Source of the DNA: a virus
Virus record (IMG/VR): IMGVR_UViG_3300031963_012969
Strand: one strand, 5' to 3'
DNA length: 64,000 nucleotides
Each line of letters begins with the position of its first letter. The stretch's first letter is position 1. Below are positions 28,916-38,291 of this stretch, in pieces. A program made the translations under genes and the position numbers. The notes beneath the pieces were generated by a model. That model was not told the origin of the DNA, did not search any database, and was given only the letters and a program-made list of their open reading frames with translations.

Positions 28916-31675
28916 TTAGTTTATTTCATCGATATTAAATACTTTAATTGAGTCAGATACAATTGATTTTCTATCATTATAAACATTAATTTTACCTGTC
29001 ACTAAAACCACTTTATCTATATTAATGTGGTCTTTTATTTGTTCGTATCTTTCAGGAAAGCAGGTAACGCTAATCTGAAATTCTTTATTGCCAATATCAA
29101 TGAAGCACATGTCTTGGCCTTTTTTAGTCTTTATCTTTTTGACCGCCAATATTATTCCAGCTGTTTTAACTGTATATCCTTCATGTGTCAGCATTACCTC
29201 TGGAATTCCTATGCATGAATTCATTCCTTTACTCAAGAAATAATCTACAACATCAGGGCTACCTATGCACAAGCTCTTACTCTCCAATATATCAATTTCC
29301 CCTTTAGATAGTAATTTACTAGTTTTTTCTCCTCTGAGTAAGTTGTACTCATGAATTAGATTATTTCTAGTTTCTGTTTTGTCTTTTGATTTTATTGTGG
29401 CTAATTTATCCAATGCCCCAGCAAATATCAATGCACTGACAACCCGTTTGTTTACTATCTTTTTGTCAACTTTATCAAAAAAATCTTTTAGGCTAGAGTA
29501 TGGAGCTTTTTCAAATACTTCTTGTGAAGCGTTTTTAACTCCCTTTACCATAGTCAATGGATATACGATTTTCTTGTCAGAATCATCTATGATATAAAAA
29601 TCAACCTGACTAATGTTGACGTCAGGCAATTTTACTATTTCAGAAAAGTACTTAGCATTTTCGGCAAGGTCTTCGTGATTCGAGTTTTGAAGAATTGCTG
29701 TCCACCATTCAAGAGGATAATGTGATTTTAGCCACATACAAACATATGCCATATACGAATAAGCAACGCTATGGCTTAGATTGAATGCATAATTACTGCT
29801 AGACCTACACAAACTTACAAAAGCTGAAACTTGGGTAGCGTCCCAGCCTCTGTCTTGAAGTCTCTTCCTGATGTCAGGAAGAATTTCGTTCATTTTGTCT
29901 AATTTCTTTTTTCCTATAATCTCTCGAATTTCGTCAGCCTGTTCCGGCGAGTACTGACAAGATTTTTGAAACATCGCAGATATTTGCTCTTGGAACAATA
30001 CAATACCATGTGTATTTGATAGTATATCTTTGAGGTCTTGATGCAGATAAGAAACTTCTTTCTTTCCCTGCCTTCTTTTCACCCATAGATCAATAAGAGT
30101 TGTGGTTTCATCATCTTGTTCGTCATACATCAATGCATACATTGTTCCTGGTCTGCAAGCAGCTGTTATAGCTGCTAAATCAATTATGCTTTTTGGTTTT
30201 ATTTGTCTGCACACTTTGGTGGGGACAGGACCATTAAACTGAAATATCGTCTCTGTCTTTCCTTTGCAAAACTCTTTAAAAACAATTGATTCTTCTGGAA
30301 TATTATATATATCGATTTCTTTATCGTGTCTTTCTTTGATTAGTTGTATGCAATTGCCAATATCTTTTAATGTGTTTAACCCAAGTAGGTCAAATTTTAT
30401 TAGCCCCATAGATTCTACTGCTTCCATGGTGAATTGAGTACACTCTTCCTCTCCTATCCTGCATACTGGAACAATCTCATTTATTGGGACATCAGATAAG
30501 CAATAAGCACTAGCATGACGACCAAGTGATTTTGGAATCCCAATGATTTGTTCCACCAAAGACTGAACAGATGGATGTTCATCAAAAAAATTGGATAATG
30601 CTTTATTTATTTCTAACTCTCCAGCGTGATGGCCCTCTTCATCATCCCATCCATGCAACCATTTCAAGAGATCACTAAATCCCTGTGGAACGTTGTTTAT
30701 GGTTTTGCAAACCTTATCCACCATTAATTTATTGGCTTCATTGGTCTTGGTGTCTAAGATTACTCTACTTACATCACGAATAGCGCTTTTTACCTTGTTT
30801 GTCCCAGTTGTACAAATTCTTACGAATTTGTCCCCGTATTTAGACTTAAGTGCTTCAGCTATTTTGTCTGGTTCGCTAAAATCTATATCTATATCAGGGA
30901 GTTTACCTCTGTTTATTCGACCAGAAGACAGAAACCTCTCAAATGACAGATTGTATTTTACTGGGTCGATATGAGTAATTTTAAGTAAGTAAGCTAACAA
31001 GCATCCACCAGCACTACCTCTTCCTGCCCCTATCCATATTCCTAGTTGCCTAGCTTGCTCACATATCTCGTAAAGAGACAGAAAATATGGTAATAGATTT
31101 ATTTTTCCGTTATTTGAAATGACCTGGATTTCTTTATCAAGTCTATTCCTATACTCTTCAGTGTCTTTCATCCTACCGTTGCTATCAATTAGGCAATAAA
31201 TTAAATTTTTTAATTTATCGTCATGGGAGCTAGAAATTTCTATAATTTCTCTGGGAAATGATATTTCCGGTAAGTGATATTTTTTCTCTAGAGATATTTG
31301 CTCGCACATATTCGCAATGGCATGATTACTTTCTACCCCTTCCTGGAAGTGGCTCGCAAAATTAGTGCCATGAAGAGTTATCCATTTTTCCCATGCCTGG
31401 TCGGAACTCATCTGATAGTATTTTGTACTAAACCTAAGCCCGCTGTCTTCATCTCTGCCATTTTGTAATAGAAGATCTTGCACCATTTTTTGATCTTTAT
31501 TTACAAAATGAGCATCAAGGGTCAACAATATTGGAATATTGTGAGCCCTAGCTATTTTCATAATTAATTCATTTCCTGATTTTTGAAAGTCACCACTTGG
31601 TGCGGCTTCAGTGCATTCTTTTCTCAGAAAAATAGGAGAACTTGTTGCTCTCCATGTCGATTGTTTAACTCTCAT
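28916..31675 (-). CDS. dnaE: DNA polymerase III alpha subunit, C-terminal part (end of PHP domain, polymerase core, OB fold)
   Basis: LDAHF, GAGRGSAGGCLLAYLL.IT, FERF, LPDIDID, GRHASA, KFDLLGL, IFQF, RPG, FQEQ, YAFNLSHS. Confidence 0.95.
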   Translation of the reverse strand: MRVKQSTWRATSSPIFLRKECTEAAPSGDFQKSGNELIMKIARAHNIPILLTLDAHFVNKDQKMVQDLLLQNGRDEDSGLRFSTKYYQMSSDQAWEKWITLHGTNFASHFQEGVESNHAIANMCEQISLEKKYHLPEISFPREIIEISSSHDDKLKNLIYCLIDSNGRMKDTEEYRNRLDKEIQVISNNGKINLLPYFLSLYEICEQARQLGIWIGAGRGSAGGCLLAYLLKITHIDPVKYNLSFERFLSSGRINRGKLPDIDIDFSEPDKIAEALKSKYGDKFVRICTTGTNKVKSAIRDVSRVILDTKTNEANKLMVDKVCKTINNVPQGFSDLLKWLHGWDDEEGHHAGELEINKALSNFFDEHPSVQSLVEQIIGIPKSLGRHASAYCLSDVPINEIVPVCRIGEEECTQFTMEAVESMGLIKFDLLGLNTLKDIGNCIQLIKERHDKEIDIYNIPEESIVFKEFCKGKTETIFQFNGPVPTKVCRQIKPKSIIDLAAITAACRPGTMYALMYDEQDDETTTLIDLWVKRRQGKKEVSYLHQDLKDILSNTHGIVLFQEQISAMFQKSCQYSPEQADEIREIIGKKKLDKMNEILPDIRKRLQDRGWDATQVSAFVSLCRSSSNYAFNLSHSVAYSYMAYVCMWLKSHYPLEWWTAILQNSNHEDLAENAKYFSEIVKLPDVNISQVDFYIIDDSDKKIVYPLTMVKGVKNASQEVFEKAPYSSLKDFFDKVDKKIVNKRVVSALIFAGALDKLATIKSKDKTETRNNLIHEYNLLRGEKTSKLLSKGEIDILESKSLCIGSPDVVDYFLSKGMNSCIGIPEVMLTHEGYTVKTAGIILAVKKIKTKKGQDMCFIDIGNKEFQISVTCFPERYEQIKDHINIDKVVLVTGKINVYNDRKSIVSDSIKVFNIDEIN

Positions 31676-31700
31676 ATATATATAAATTTTATATGAATAC

Positions 31701-32555
31701 TTAATCTATTACTATTTTTCTTGGCATTATTTTTTGACATTTATCTTGTTCCTCGTCCATTTCAGAAGATTCATCCTGTATAGTAATTATTCTATCTGAT
31801 AATGGCATGTCTTGCGGTCTATTTGTAACTGCTGAATAAATTTGAGAAACTTTTTTTTCAAAAGCTTCTTTAACTGATATAGAACCAATTTCAGTTTCTA
31901 TTATATCTGAGCCAGAGAATGTATATGTTATCCCATTTTCACTGTCAACTTGGTAAACATTTTTTGTTGTCCAGTCTCTGTCAACGGAGTGTGGCATCAC
32001 TTCCGCAAATAATTTGTCTCCAAAAATATCCATTAATCTACAAGCATTGTAAGTGGCCATATCTTTTTCCATTCTAAGGAATGGTTTAACTATTGGGCCT
32101 TCTATACATCCAGTTCCACATATTATTCCTTCTCTATAATTTTCAAGATCTTCCCATGCAGCCCTTGGCTTGGGTTGTCCAAATTTTTTGACAACCCTGC
32201 CATGACCCCATGAGCAATTAGATATTGAAAGTAAGTTGTCATACCCAATTTTATTTGCTGCCCAAAGAGTTAAATGAAAATAATCAAATTTCCTTAGGTT
32301 TTCATTATAGATATATTCTGTGTGTGGAGCTAAATAAATCTCGATTCCAGGAATACCTTTTATCCCCGCATCTTTAGTTTTTGTTATTAAATCATATAAA
32401 CCTAATACATATCCATGATCAGTACAGCTACATGCATCAATATTATTTTGTTTGCAGTATTTTATGTACTGATCTATGTCAGACACTCCATCCATAAGAC
32501 TGTATGTGGTATGTGTATGGAGTGGGAGTATATTTAATTTTGTTGGATTATTCAT
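31701..32555 (-). CDS. dnaE: DNA polymerase III alpha subunit, N-terminal PHP part
   Basis: LHTHTTYSLMDG, TDHG, GIEIY, HLTLWA.N..GY.NL, GCIEG. Confidence 0.92.
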   Translation of the reverse strand: MNNPTKLNILPLHTHTTYSLMDGVSDIDQYIKYCKQNNIDACSCTDHGYVLGLYDLITKTKDAGIKGIPGIEIYLAPHTEYIYNENLRKFDYFHLTLWAANKIGYDNLLSISNCSWGHGRVVKKFGQPKPRAAWEDLENYREGIICGTGCIEGPIVKPFLRMEKDMATYNACRLMDIFGDKLFAEVMPHSVDRDWTTKNVYQVDSENGITYTFSGSDIIETEIGSISVKEAFEKKVSQIYSAVTNRPQDMPLSDRIITIQDESSEMDEEQDKCQKIMPRKIVID

Positions 32556-32559
32556 TTTA

Positions 32560-32894
32560 AAAATTTCTGCGTGAGAAGGATCGTAGTTGCCGGACTAGGC
32601 TCGAGATGTCCGGCTCCACTGTTGAGCAGCAGGCCTATTGGCCTGCTGCACACAGGGAAGCCGGACGAGTCTCGAGCTTTGGCCGGCAACGAGAACCGAA
32701 AAGCGGCCCACATTTACTGGTGTCCAATGTTTGTCGAGCTTTCATGGACAGGTTCACAATAACCACCGTGTGGTTATTGTGACCTGCTTTGAAAGCGAGT
32801 TTCGTTACAAAGTAGACACCGCAATGTGGGACAGTCATTAACTAAACTGCAATGAAAAAAGTTGCACAACCGTGCAACAAAAGCCAGAAATTTT
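32560..32894 (-). ncRNA. Retron-like msr-msd unit 1
   Basis: Terminal IR AAAATTTCTG/CAGAAATTTT; candidate branch G at 32884; 7-bp stem-loop 32861-32878; long hairpins 32586-32690 and 32707-32830. Confidence 0.75.
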
Positions 32895-32908
32895 GTTATA
32901 TTTTATTC

Positions 32909-33305
32909 AAGTTCTGCGTAAAACTCGTAAGAGTTTGTAACTGGTGTGCCGGACAACCGTGCTGTACTGTGAGGGCCCTGGGGCCGAAGCTCCCCGGTGA
33001 CCGTAGTGCCTTAGGACACGTAGGGGACCGGGGTGCGAGACTCCAGGGCCCTACAGTACCGGCACGGGTGGTAGGCGCGCTCCTTAACAGTCTATCGCGG
33101 GCCATCTCGGTCCTCTGGGGTGACATCACCTCCTTGGACTGGGGGACGCGCCGCCGGTGCGCCTTTCCCCAGTCCTGAGGAGGTGATGCCCCCAGAGGGG
33201 ACCGGATGGCCCGTGTTGACTGGTTGGAGGCACACCATGTACGGGCAATGTCTTGTGAGAGACATTTTAAAATGACAGAAACCTTCTGTCTAATAGCCAG
33301 AACTT
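32909..33305 (-). ncRNA. Retron-like msr-msd unit 2
   Basis: Terminal IR AAGTTCTG/CAGAACTT; candidate branch G at 33297; stem-loops 33274-33290 and 33247-33266; long hairpins about 32957-33067 and 33088-33222 closed by TGGTGTGCC/GGCACACCA. Confidence 0.75.
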
Positions 33306-33319
33306 TTTTTTATTTGATG

Positions 33320-33621
33320 AAATAAATTTTTGCGAAAGAAGTCCTGAGAAGCCCGGATTTGGCAGCCTGGTATAACCAGGCTGCCAGTCCGGGAGGCTCA
33401 GGATGCTTTCCTCCCCTCGCGGTGGAGGATGATTCTTCTGGAACCGCGTGGCATCCCTGGATCACCCGTTGGGGGTAGTGGTACACGGACCCCAAGCGGG
33501 TGATCCTGGGGATGCGAGCAGTTCCTGAAGAATCTTGCGACACCTGTTATCTGCGAGCGTCGTTCTGCCATAGGCATTTAAAAAAGATGGCAATCTGCCA
33601 TCAAAAGCCAAAAATTTATTT
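33320..33621 (-). ncRNA. Retron-like msr-msd unit 3
   Basis: Terminal IR AAATAAATTTTTG/CAAAAATTTATTT; candidate branch G at 33608; stem-loops 33586-33602 and TGCC-ata-GGCA; long hairpins 33341-33404 and 33431-33534. Confidence 0.75.
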
Positions 33622-33626
33622 ATTCT

Positions 33627-33878
33627 TTAGATGGGGAACTCGGGATCAAACTTGATTCCCTTATATAAGTTTTCATTTATCTTTTCGGCCATGCCTTCTT
33701 TACACATTCTCTGCATAAATTGATAAATTACTTCAGGTTTAATATCTATCTTTCTTGTCTGTATGATGACCTGAAAAATGTCAGAAATACTCATTCCCTG
33801 TGAGCCATTAGAGGCTCCTGCAAGTATTTCATAAATAATATTTTCAATGTCGTCAGGATATTTTTGCACCGTAGTCAT
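33627..33878 (-). CDS. Small winged-helix-like protein
   Basis: IIYEILAG...GMSISDIFQVI...VIYQFMQRMCKEGMAEKINENLYKG pattern; immediately upstream of the ncRNA array. Confidence 0.55.
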   Translation of the reverse strand: MTTVQKYPDDIENIIYEILAGASNGSQGMSISDIFQVIIQTRKIDIKPEVIYQFMQRMCKEGMAEKINENLYKGIKFDPEFPI

Positions 33879-34896
33879 TTTCAGTATTTTGTTTAATTTG
33901 TTTCCATATTTCTTCTCTTGAGGCAGAGCCAGGATCCTCAAAATTTGATAACTTCATCCATACAAAATAAACCCCATCAAAAGAATTTTCAAGCTCCTTA
34001 AACCAGGGTTCACTAGTATCAACTTCTTCATCTAGTATCATCAATATTTTAGACCAATTAGATTTTAATATACGTATTTGATCTTTAGTTATCTTTTTTC
34101 CGAATGTTGCCACAGATCTCTCCCCAACTTTTATGCAGTCTATTGGCCCCTCGACTACAACAACCATGTCGCTATCTTTTATTGCGTAATCAAAGTTTAA
34201 TAAAGACCTTGATCTATGCATTCCTGGACATGTGTAATATTTAGGGACCTCATAGTCACTATATGTTATCTTACCATCTGACAATTTCACCTTTTTGGGT
34301 TTCCACCAACCTATTTCATCTCCATGCCAAACTTCTCTATCTTGGCCATTTCTATCTATCTGTCTTGCTTGCCACCCCACCAGCTTACTGCACATATATA
34401 TAGGGAAAATGATCCTTCCTGAAGTTGTTCCCATTTTTGAACAAAAATTATAATAACCATGACTACAATATTTTATGTCATAGGCTTCACAATCTTTGTC
34501 TGTAACCCCTCTGTTTTTTAGGTAATTTATAGCTGGATGGCCTGGATCCAGAGATAGTATAGGTTTCAATTTGCCTGGAGATGGTATTCCGTCTCTCCAC
34601 TCTATATGATTGTGTGACCTAAAAGAACTAGTAGATTCAGCGATATCAGTTTTGCGATATATTTTCATACCTGCAAAAAATTGAGACCCCTCATCGAAAA
34701 ACTCTTGAAGTGCATTACCCTTCCAGCCGCAATCATTACACATGAATGCACCAGTTTCGGAATTTATAGATAATTTATATTTGCCGCCCTTTTTGTGGAA
34801 CTTTCTGCAATGGACAACATACTCTATGTGCCCACTAGCATTTGATATTTTAGCCTCTGGAAACTGCTTTATAACTTGTTCTTTGTCTATTAACAT
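33853..34896 (-). CDS. dnaG: DNA primase (zinc-binding domain plus TOPRIM)
   Basis: C..FH...CNDCG.KGN, YLKNRG, RIIFPI, GWQAR, PKY, VVEGPID. Confidence 0.88.
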   Translation of the reverse strand: MLIDKEQVIKQFPEAKISNASGHIEYVVHCRKFHKKGGKYKLSINSETGAFMCNDCGWKGNALQEFFDEGSQFFAGMKIYRKTDIAESTSSFRSHNHIEWRDGIPSPGKLKPILSLDPGHPAINYLKNRGVTDKDCEAYDIKYCSHGYYNFCSKMGTTSGRIIFPIYMCSKLVGWQARQIDRNGQDREVWHGDEIGWWKPKKVKLSDGKITYSDYEVPKYYTCPGMHRSRSLLNFDYAIKDSDMVVVVEGPIDCIKVGERSVATFGKKITKDQIRILKSNWSKILMILDEEVDTSEPWFKELENSFDGVYFVWMKLSNFEDPGSASREEIWKQIKQNTENDYGAKIS

Positions 34897-36287
34897 TATA
34901 CACCTCTTTGGTTTATTGGAGTAAAATTAGCAGCCTCTGGGGGAGCAAAGTCTAAGTCTGGCGGTACATCCTCAAATGTTTGTTTATCGAGTCTGGCCTG
35001 TATTTGTGTCTCAAATATCCGACCATCTCGCATCTTTCCGGCCTTAACTGTAAGCCTTCCACTTTCTCTGTCGGAATCAGTAGCCCCTATTCCTAGGAAC
35101 ACTGAACATCTGTGAGATTTACCGAATCCTTCGGAAGCATTAGTCATTCTAATGCTTCTGTTGTTGTCTCCACTCGCATTAGACTGCGTCGTAGCCCAAA
35201 ACGCAACATTATACTCTTTTGCTAACTCAGAACATTTATTTGAATATTCTCTTAGTTCATGCCTTAACTCTCTCTTTACTGTACCCCTTACTCTATCTTC
35301 TGGGTCCGTTTCTAAAGCATCTAACCAGTCCAGGAATACTACATCAGGAAGATCGTTTTCTGATCTCATTTTTGATAATCTTTTACCAATCTCCTTAATT
35401 GAACAGGAGTCTTTAGAAAAATCTAAAATTCTGAAATTTTGTCTTATCCTGTCTGGAACCTGACTCACTATGCCCCATACCTCTCTGTTTACATTTTCCA
35501 TTTCACCATTATCACCAGAACGAATCCTAGAATAATCTATTTGAGTGATCCTAGAATATAAACGTTCTGATATTTTCTTGGCTGGAATCTCCAATGTAAT
35601 TAATAATGCTTTGTATGTTGCAGAGGCAGCGCCCCAACAAAAATTTACAGCAAGGGTTGTTTTTCCTAGCCCCGTCATGCCGCAAATTATACCAAGCTCC
35701 CCCTTACCAAGCCCTCCAGACATTCTAGAGTCAATCGAACTTATTCCGCTTGGAACAGTTATGACAGGAGTATTTGAAAGAAGTGGGGTTATCAGCGGAG
35801 ATACTTCAACTTCTTCCTCTTCCTGACCTATTGACATTGTGTCGTCAATCGTGAGTTCGAGTCTCCTTGCAAGTTCTACAGCTTCTCCAGGCTTATAGCC
35901 TTTTATTAGTCTCTTTATTCTTACTTCAGATAGGTAATTTGGCAATACAGATAAAAAGTAATCTGGATGAAGGCTCATCTCATACATTTTGTCTACCTCG
36001 CTTATTAAGCCAGGTTTTTCTTCCTCCATTATCACCCCAATCTTCAACATAGATTTAAGCTGTAGGGCTAAAAGCTCCATGTGTATGCCGCCAACAACTT
36101 CTTGGTTGTGGTGCTTAAGTATTTCAATACAAGCCTGTATTATGGCTCTATGTATTGGAAGATCTACGTCTAATTGGGACATTTTCCCGTCCCTTAGGAC
36201 TTGAAGAAGGTTCTGGGAGCGTATTATATTCGCTATCAATGCTCTTTGAAATTCTTTGTGGAAATAATCTGATATATCTTGAGACAT
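34896..36287 (-). CDS. dnaB: Replicative DnaB-like helicase
   Basis: GGLGKGELGIICGMTGLGKT, ITLE, VFLDWLD, WATTQSN, KMRDG. Confidence 0.9.
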   Translation of the reverse strand: MSQDISDYFHKEFQRALIANIIRSQNLLQVLRDGKMSQLDVDLPIHRAIIQACIEILKHHNQEVVGGIHMELLALQLKSMLKIGVIMEEEKPGLISEVDKMYEMSLHPDYFLSVLPNYLSEVRIKRLIKGYKPGEAVELARRLELTIDDTMSIGQEEEEVEVSPLITPLLSNTPVITVPSGISSIDSRMSGGLGKGELGIICGMTGLGKTTLAVNFCWGAASATYKALLITLEIPAKKISERLYSRITQIDYSRIRSGDNGEMENVNREVWGIVSQVPDRIRQNFRILDFSKDSCSIKEIGKRLSKMRSENDLPDVVFLDWLDALETDPEDRVRGTVKRELRHELREYSNKCSELAKEYNVAFWATTQSNASGDNNRSIRMTNASEGFGKSHRCSVFLGIGATDSDRESGRLTVKAGKMRDGRIFETQIQARLDKQTFEDVPPDLDFAPPEAANFTPINQRGV

Positions 36288-36807
36288 AATTATCCTTTAT
36301 ATATTTGTTTACTGAGGGGTTTGATTTCAGTTCAGCGACGGCGATGCCTACATGTTTATTTTTCAATTTATTGAAAATTTCATCTGAGCAGAGCAGCACC
36401 CTTGTGTAAGATTTTATTGGTAAAAACTCTAACAATAAAACATCGTCTAAGTCTTTTTCTTTATTTTTAGGGTTATTTAAATAATTATTGAGTATTCTTA
36501 TTTCGTTATCGAACTCCATCTTACCGATAGATTCGCCCTTTACTGAGTATTCATCAAAAATCCTCATTGAGCGTTCCCCGTAGAGCTGATTAGGAAACGG
36601 AATGCCTCCCCATTTTTCAAATAAACTTTCCAAGTAAATAACAGGACATATGTTTTTTTGTTTAAGGAGGTTTGCTAATTTTATCCAGCAGTCATCAAAC
36701 TTGCTTCCAGATTTATATCCTGGAGTAGATCTTCTTCTAAGTATTTCGTATATTTTTTTTATATTCCATGGCGTTATGTTTTCTTGTGAACTATCTTTTA
36801 TAGTCAT
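36148..36807 (-). CDS. Hypothetical protein in the replication block
   Basis: 219-aa ORF between the SF2 helicase and DnaB. Confidence 0.7.
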   Translation of the reverse strand: MTIKDSSQENITPWNIKKIYEILRRRSTPGYKSGSKFDDCWIKLANLLKQKNICPVIYLESLFEKWGGIPFPNQLYGERSMRIFDEYSVKGESIGKMEFDNEIRILNNYLNNPKNKEKDLDDVLLLEFLPIKSYTRVLLCSDEIFNKLKNKHVGIAVAELKSNPSVNKYIKDNYVSRYIRLFPQRISKSIDSEYNTLPEPSSSPKGRENVPIRRRSSNT

Positions 36808-36848
36808 TTTAGTGTTGTCTGTTTTGATAAGATAAAATGTCTTATGAC

Positions 36849-38279
36849 TTATTTTACAAACTCTATTTTAGATGCAGAAGATGATTCAATAATTTTATAA
36901 CCTTTTGTTGAATAGTGTTTTAATCTATTTTGTGATTTTCTAGCAATACGTTCATCCCAACAGTCATTAAAGTCTATCACAATACCAAAATCCTTTCCAT
37001 CGGTTAATCTTCGATTTCTCCCAGCTTTTTGAAGAACAGATATATCCGACTGCATCCAATTTGCATTTATGATGACATAGAGATTTTTAGGATCTACGCC
37101 CTCAGCTAGGCAATCAGTTGAAACCATTCTTTTTATTTCTCCACTATTAAATCCATCTAGTAACTTTTTCTTCTCTTTTGCCGGAAGCTTTCCGTGAAAA
37201 ACCTTGAATGAATCATCTAGATATCTATACATCAACTCCTCTAAATGAGTATAAGTTCTTACATATATAACTAATTGTTGATCCGCTGGACAAATATCAA
37301 CACACTCTTTTATTATCTTATTTCTTTGGCGATTGAACCATATCCCATTTCTTTCCATAGTTAAGGATTGAGTTCCGCTAGAGAAAGCTGGCCCATTTGT
37401 TATATCCATTATGTGTACATGGAGCGGTGTAGCTCTATTCATTGCTTCAAGTTGCTGGTCTGTAAGTCTGAAAACTATTGGGCCAAATATAGACTCCAGA
37501 TATTTATCTATTCCTTTGAACCCACCCGCAAGAGTTGCAGACAAACCGTATCTAACGGCTTTCTTGAAGCTTAATAAATTCTGAGAACGAATTTCGCTAC
37601 CCGCTCCATGTGCTTCATCATAAATTATATAATCTATTGAGTCTGGATCAAATTTATCTAACGACGAGGATGTAATAACCATTGTATCTCCTTTGCTTTT
37701 TGCCGTAGACAAATATACGCCAGGATTAGACTCTGGAGACAGTTCTATTAGGTCTTTATATAGTTTTGTTGCAACTGATTGCCTATTTGTTACAACTATC
37801 CCCTTTCTTCCTTTGTATGCCCTACATATAGAGGCAATGATTCTGGTTTTTCCAGTGTTTGTAGCTGCCTCAATCATACACCCACCATCGTGTGTCAGCA
37901 TTAATTCAACTGCACATTTTTGGTCCGGATATAATCCTTCGTACACTCTACTTGTAATCACAGGTTTTGCAAAACCATTGCCTATGTCCTGTACTTCATA
38001 TTCGTGAGAATTGAGGTCTAGATATGTTTTTACTCTAGATAAAAGACCGTCGTGAGTAATAATTCCTGTTTGATCTTTCGTAAAAGAATAAAGATTTTTC
38101 TTTATTACCTTTAATGGGCCATCAACTAAAATCTCTCTTACTTGACCTATCCTTTTGTCAAAAAAAGTTTTTTTGAGCTTAGCCTTATATTTATAAAAAA
38201 AACTAAGCTCTTCAAGTATTTCGGAATTAAATGGCTGTACTTTTATAAGTCCATTAGATCTAGTAATATTAAATTTCAT
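36849..38279 (-). CDS. Superfamily 2 DNA helicase (UvsW-like)
   Basis: ATNTGKT, YDEAH, GLSAT, LAEGVD, QKAGRNRR. Confidence 0.9.
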   Translation of the reverse strand: MKFNITRSNGLIKVQPFNSEILEELSFFYKYKAKLKKTFFDKRIGQVREILVDGPLKVIKKNLYSFTKDQTGIITHDGLLSRVKTYLDLNSHEYEVQDIGNGFAKPVITSRVYEGLYPDQKCAVELMLTHDGGCMIEAATNTGKTRIIASICRAYKGRKGIVVTNRQSVATKLYKDLIELSPESNPGVYLSTAKSKGDTMVITSSSLDKFDPDSIDYIIYDEAHGAGSEIRSQNLLSFKKAVRYGLSATLAGGFKGIDKYLESIFGPIVFRLTDQQLEAMNRATPLHVHIMDITNGPAFSSGTQSLTMERNGIWFNRQRNKIIKECVDICPADQQLVIYVRTYTHLEELMYRYLDDSFKVFHGKLPAKEKKKLLDGFNSGEIKRMVSTDCLAEGVDPKNLYVIINANWMQSDISVLQKAGRNRRLTDGKDFGIVIDFNDCWDERIARKSQNRLKHYSTKGYKIIESSSASKIEFVK

Positions 38280-38291
38280 TTAAATTTTCAG

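Noticed and set aside
31676-31990. Functional split intein in DnaE
   Set aside because: No N-terminal Cys/Ser block A, no TxxH and no C-terminal HN followed by C/S/T.
32571-33543. Six short ORFs on both strands in the GC-rich island
   Set aside because: Composition unlike the phage's genes, no family motifs, and they cross unit boundaries; they are by-products of GC-rich hairpins.
32560-33621. CRISPR array, MITEs or replication origin as explanation of the island
   Set aside because: No identical direct repeats or cas genes; units are asymmetric with covarying arms and no target-site duplications. An origin or primase-signal role cannot be excluded given the position, but there are no iterons and the msr-like grammar fits retrons better.
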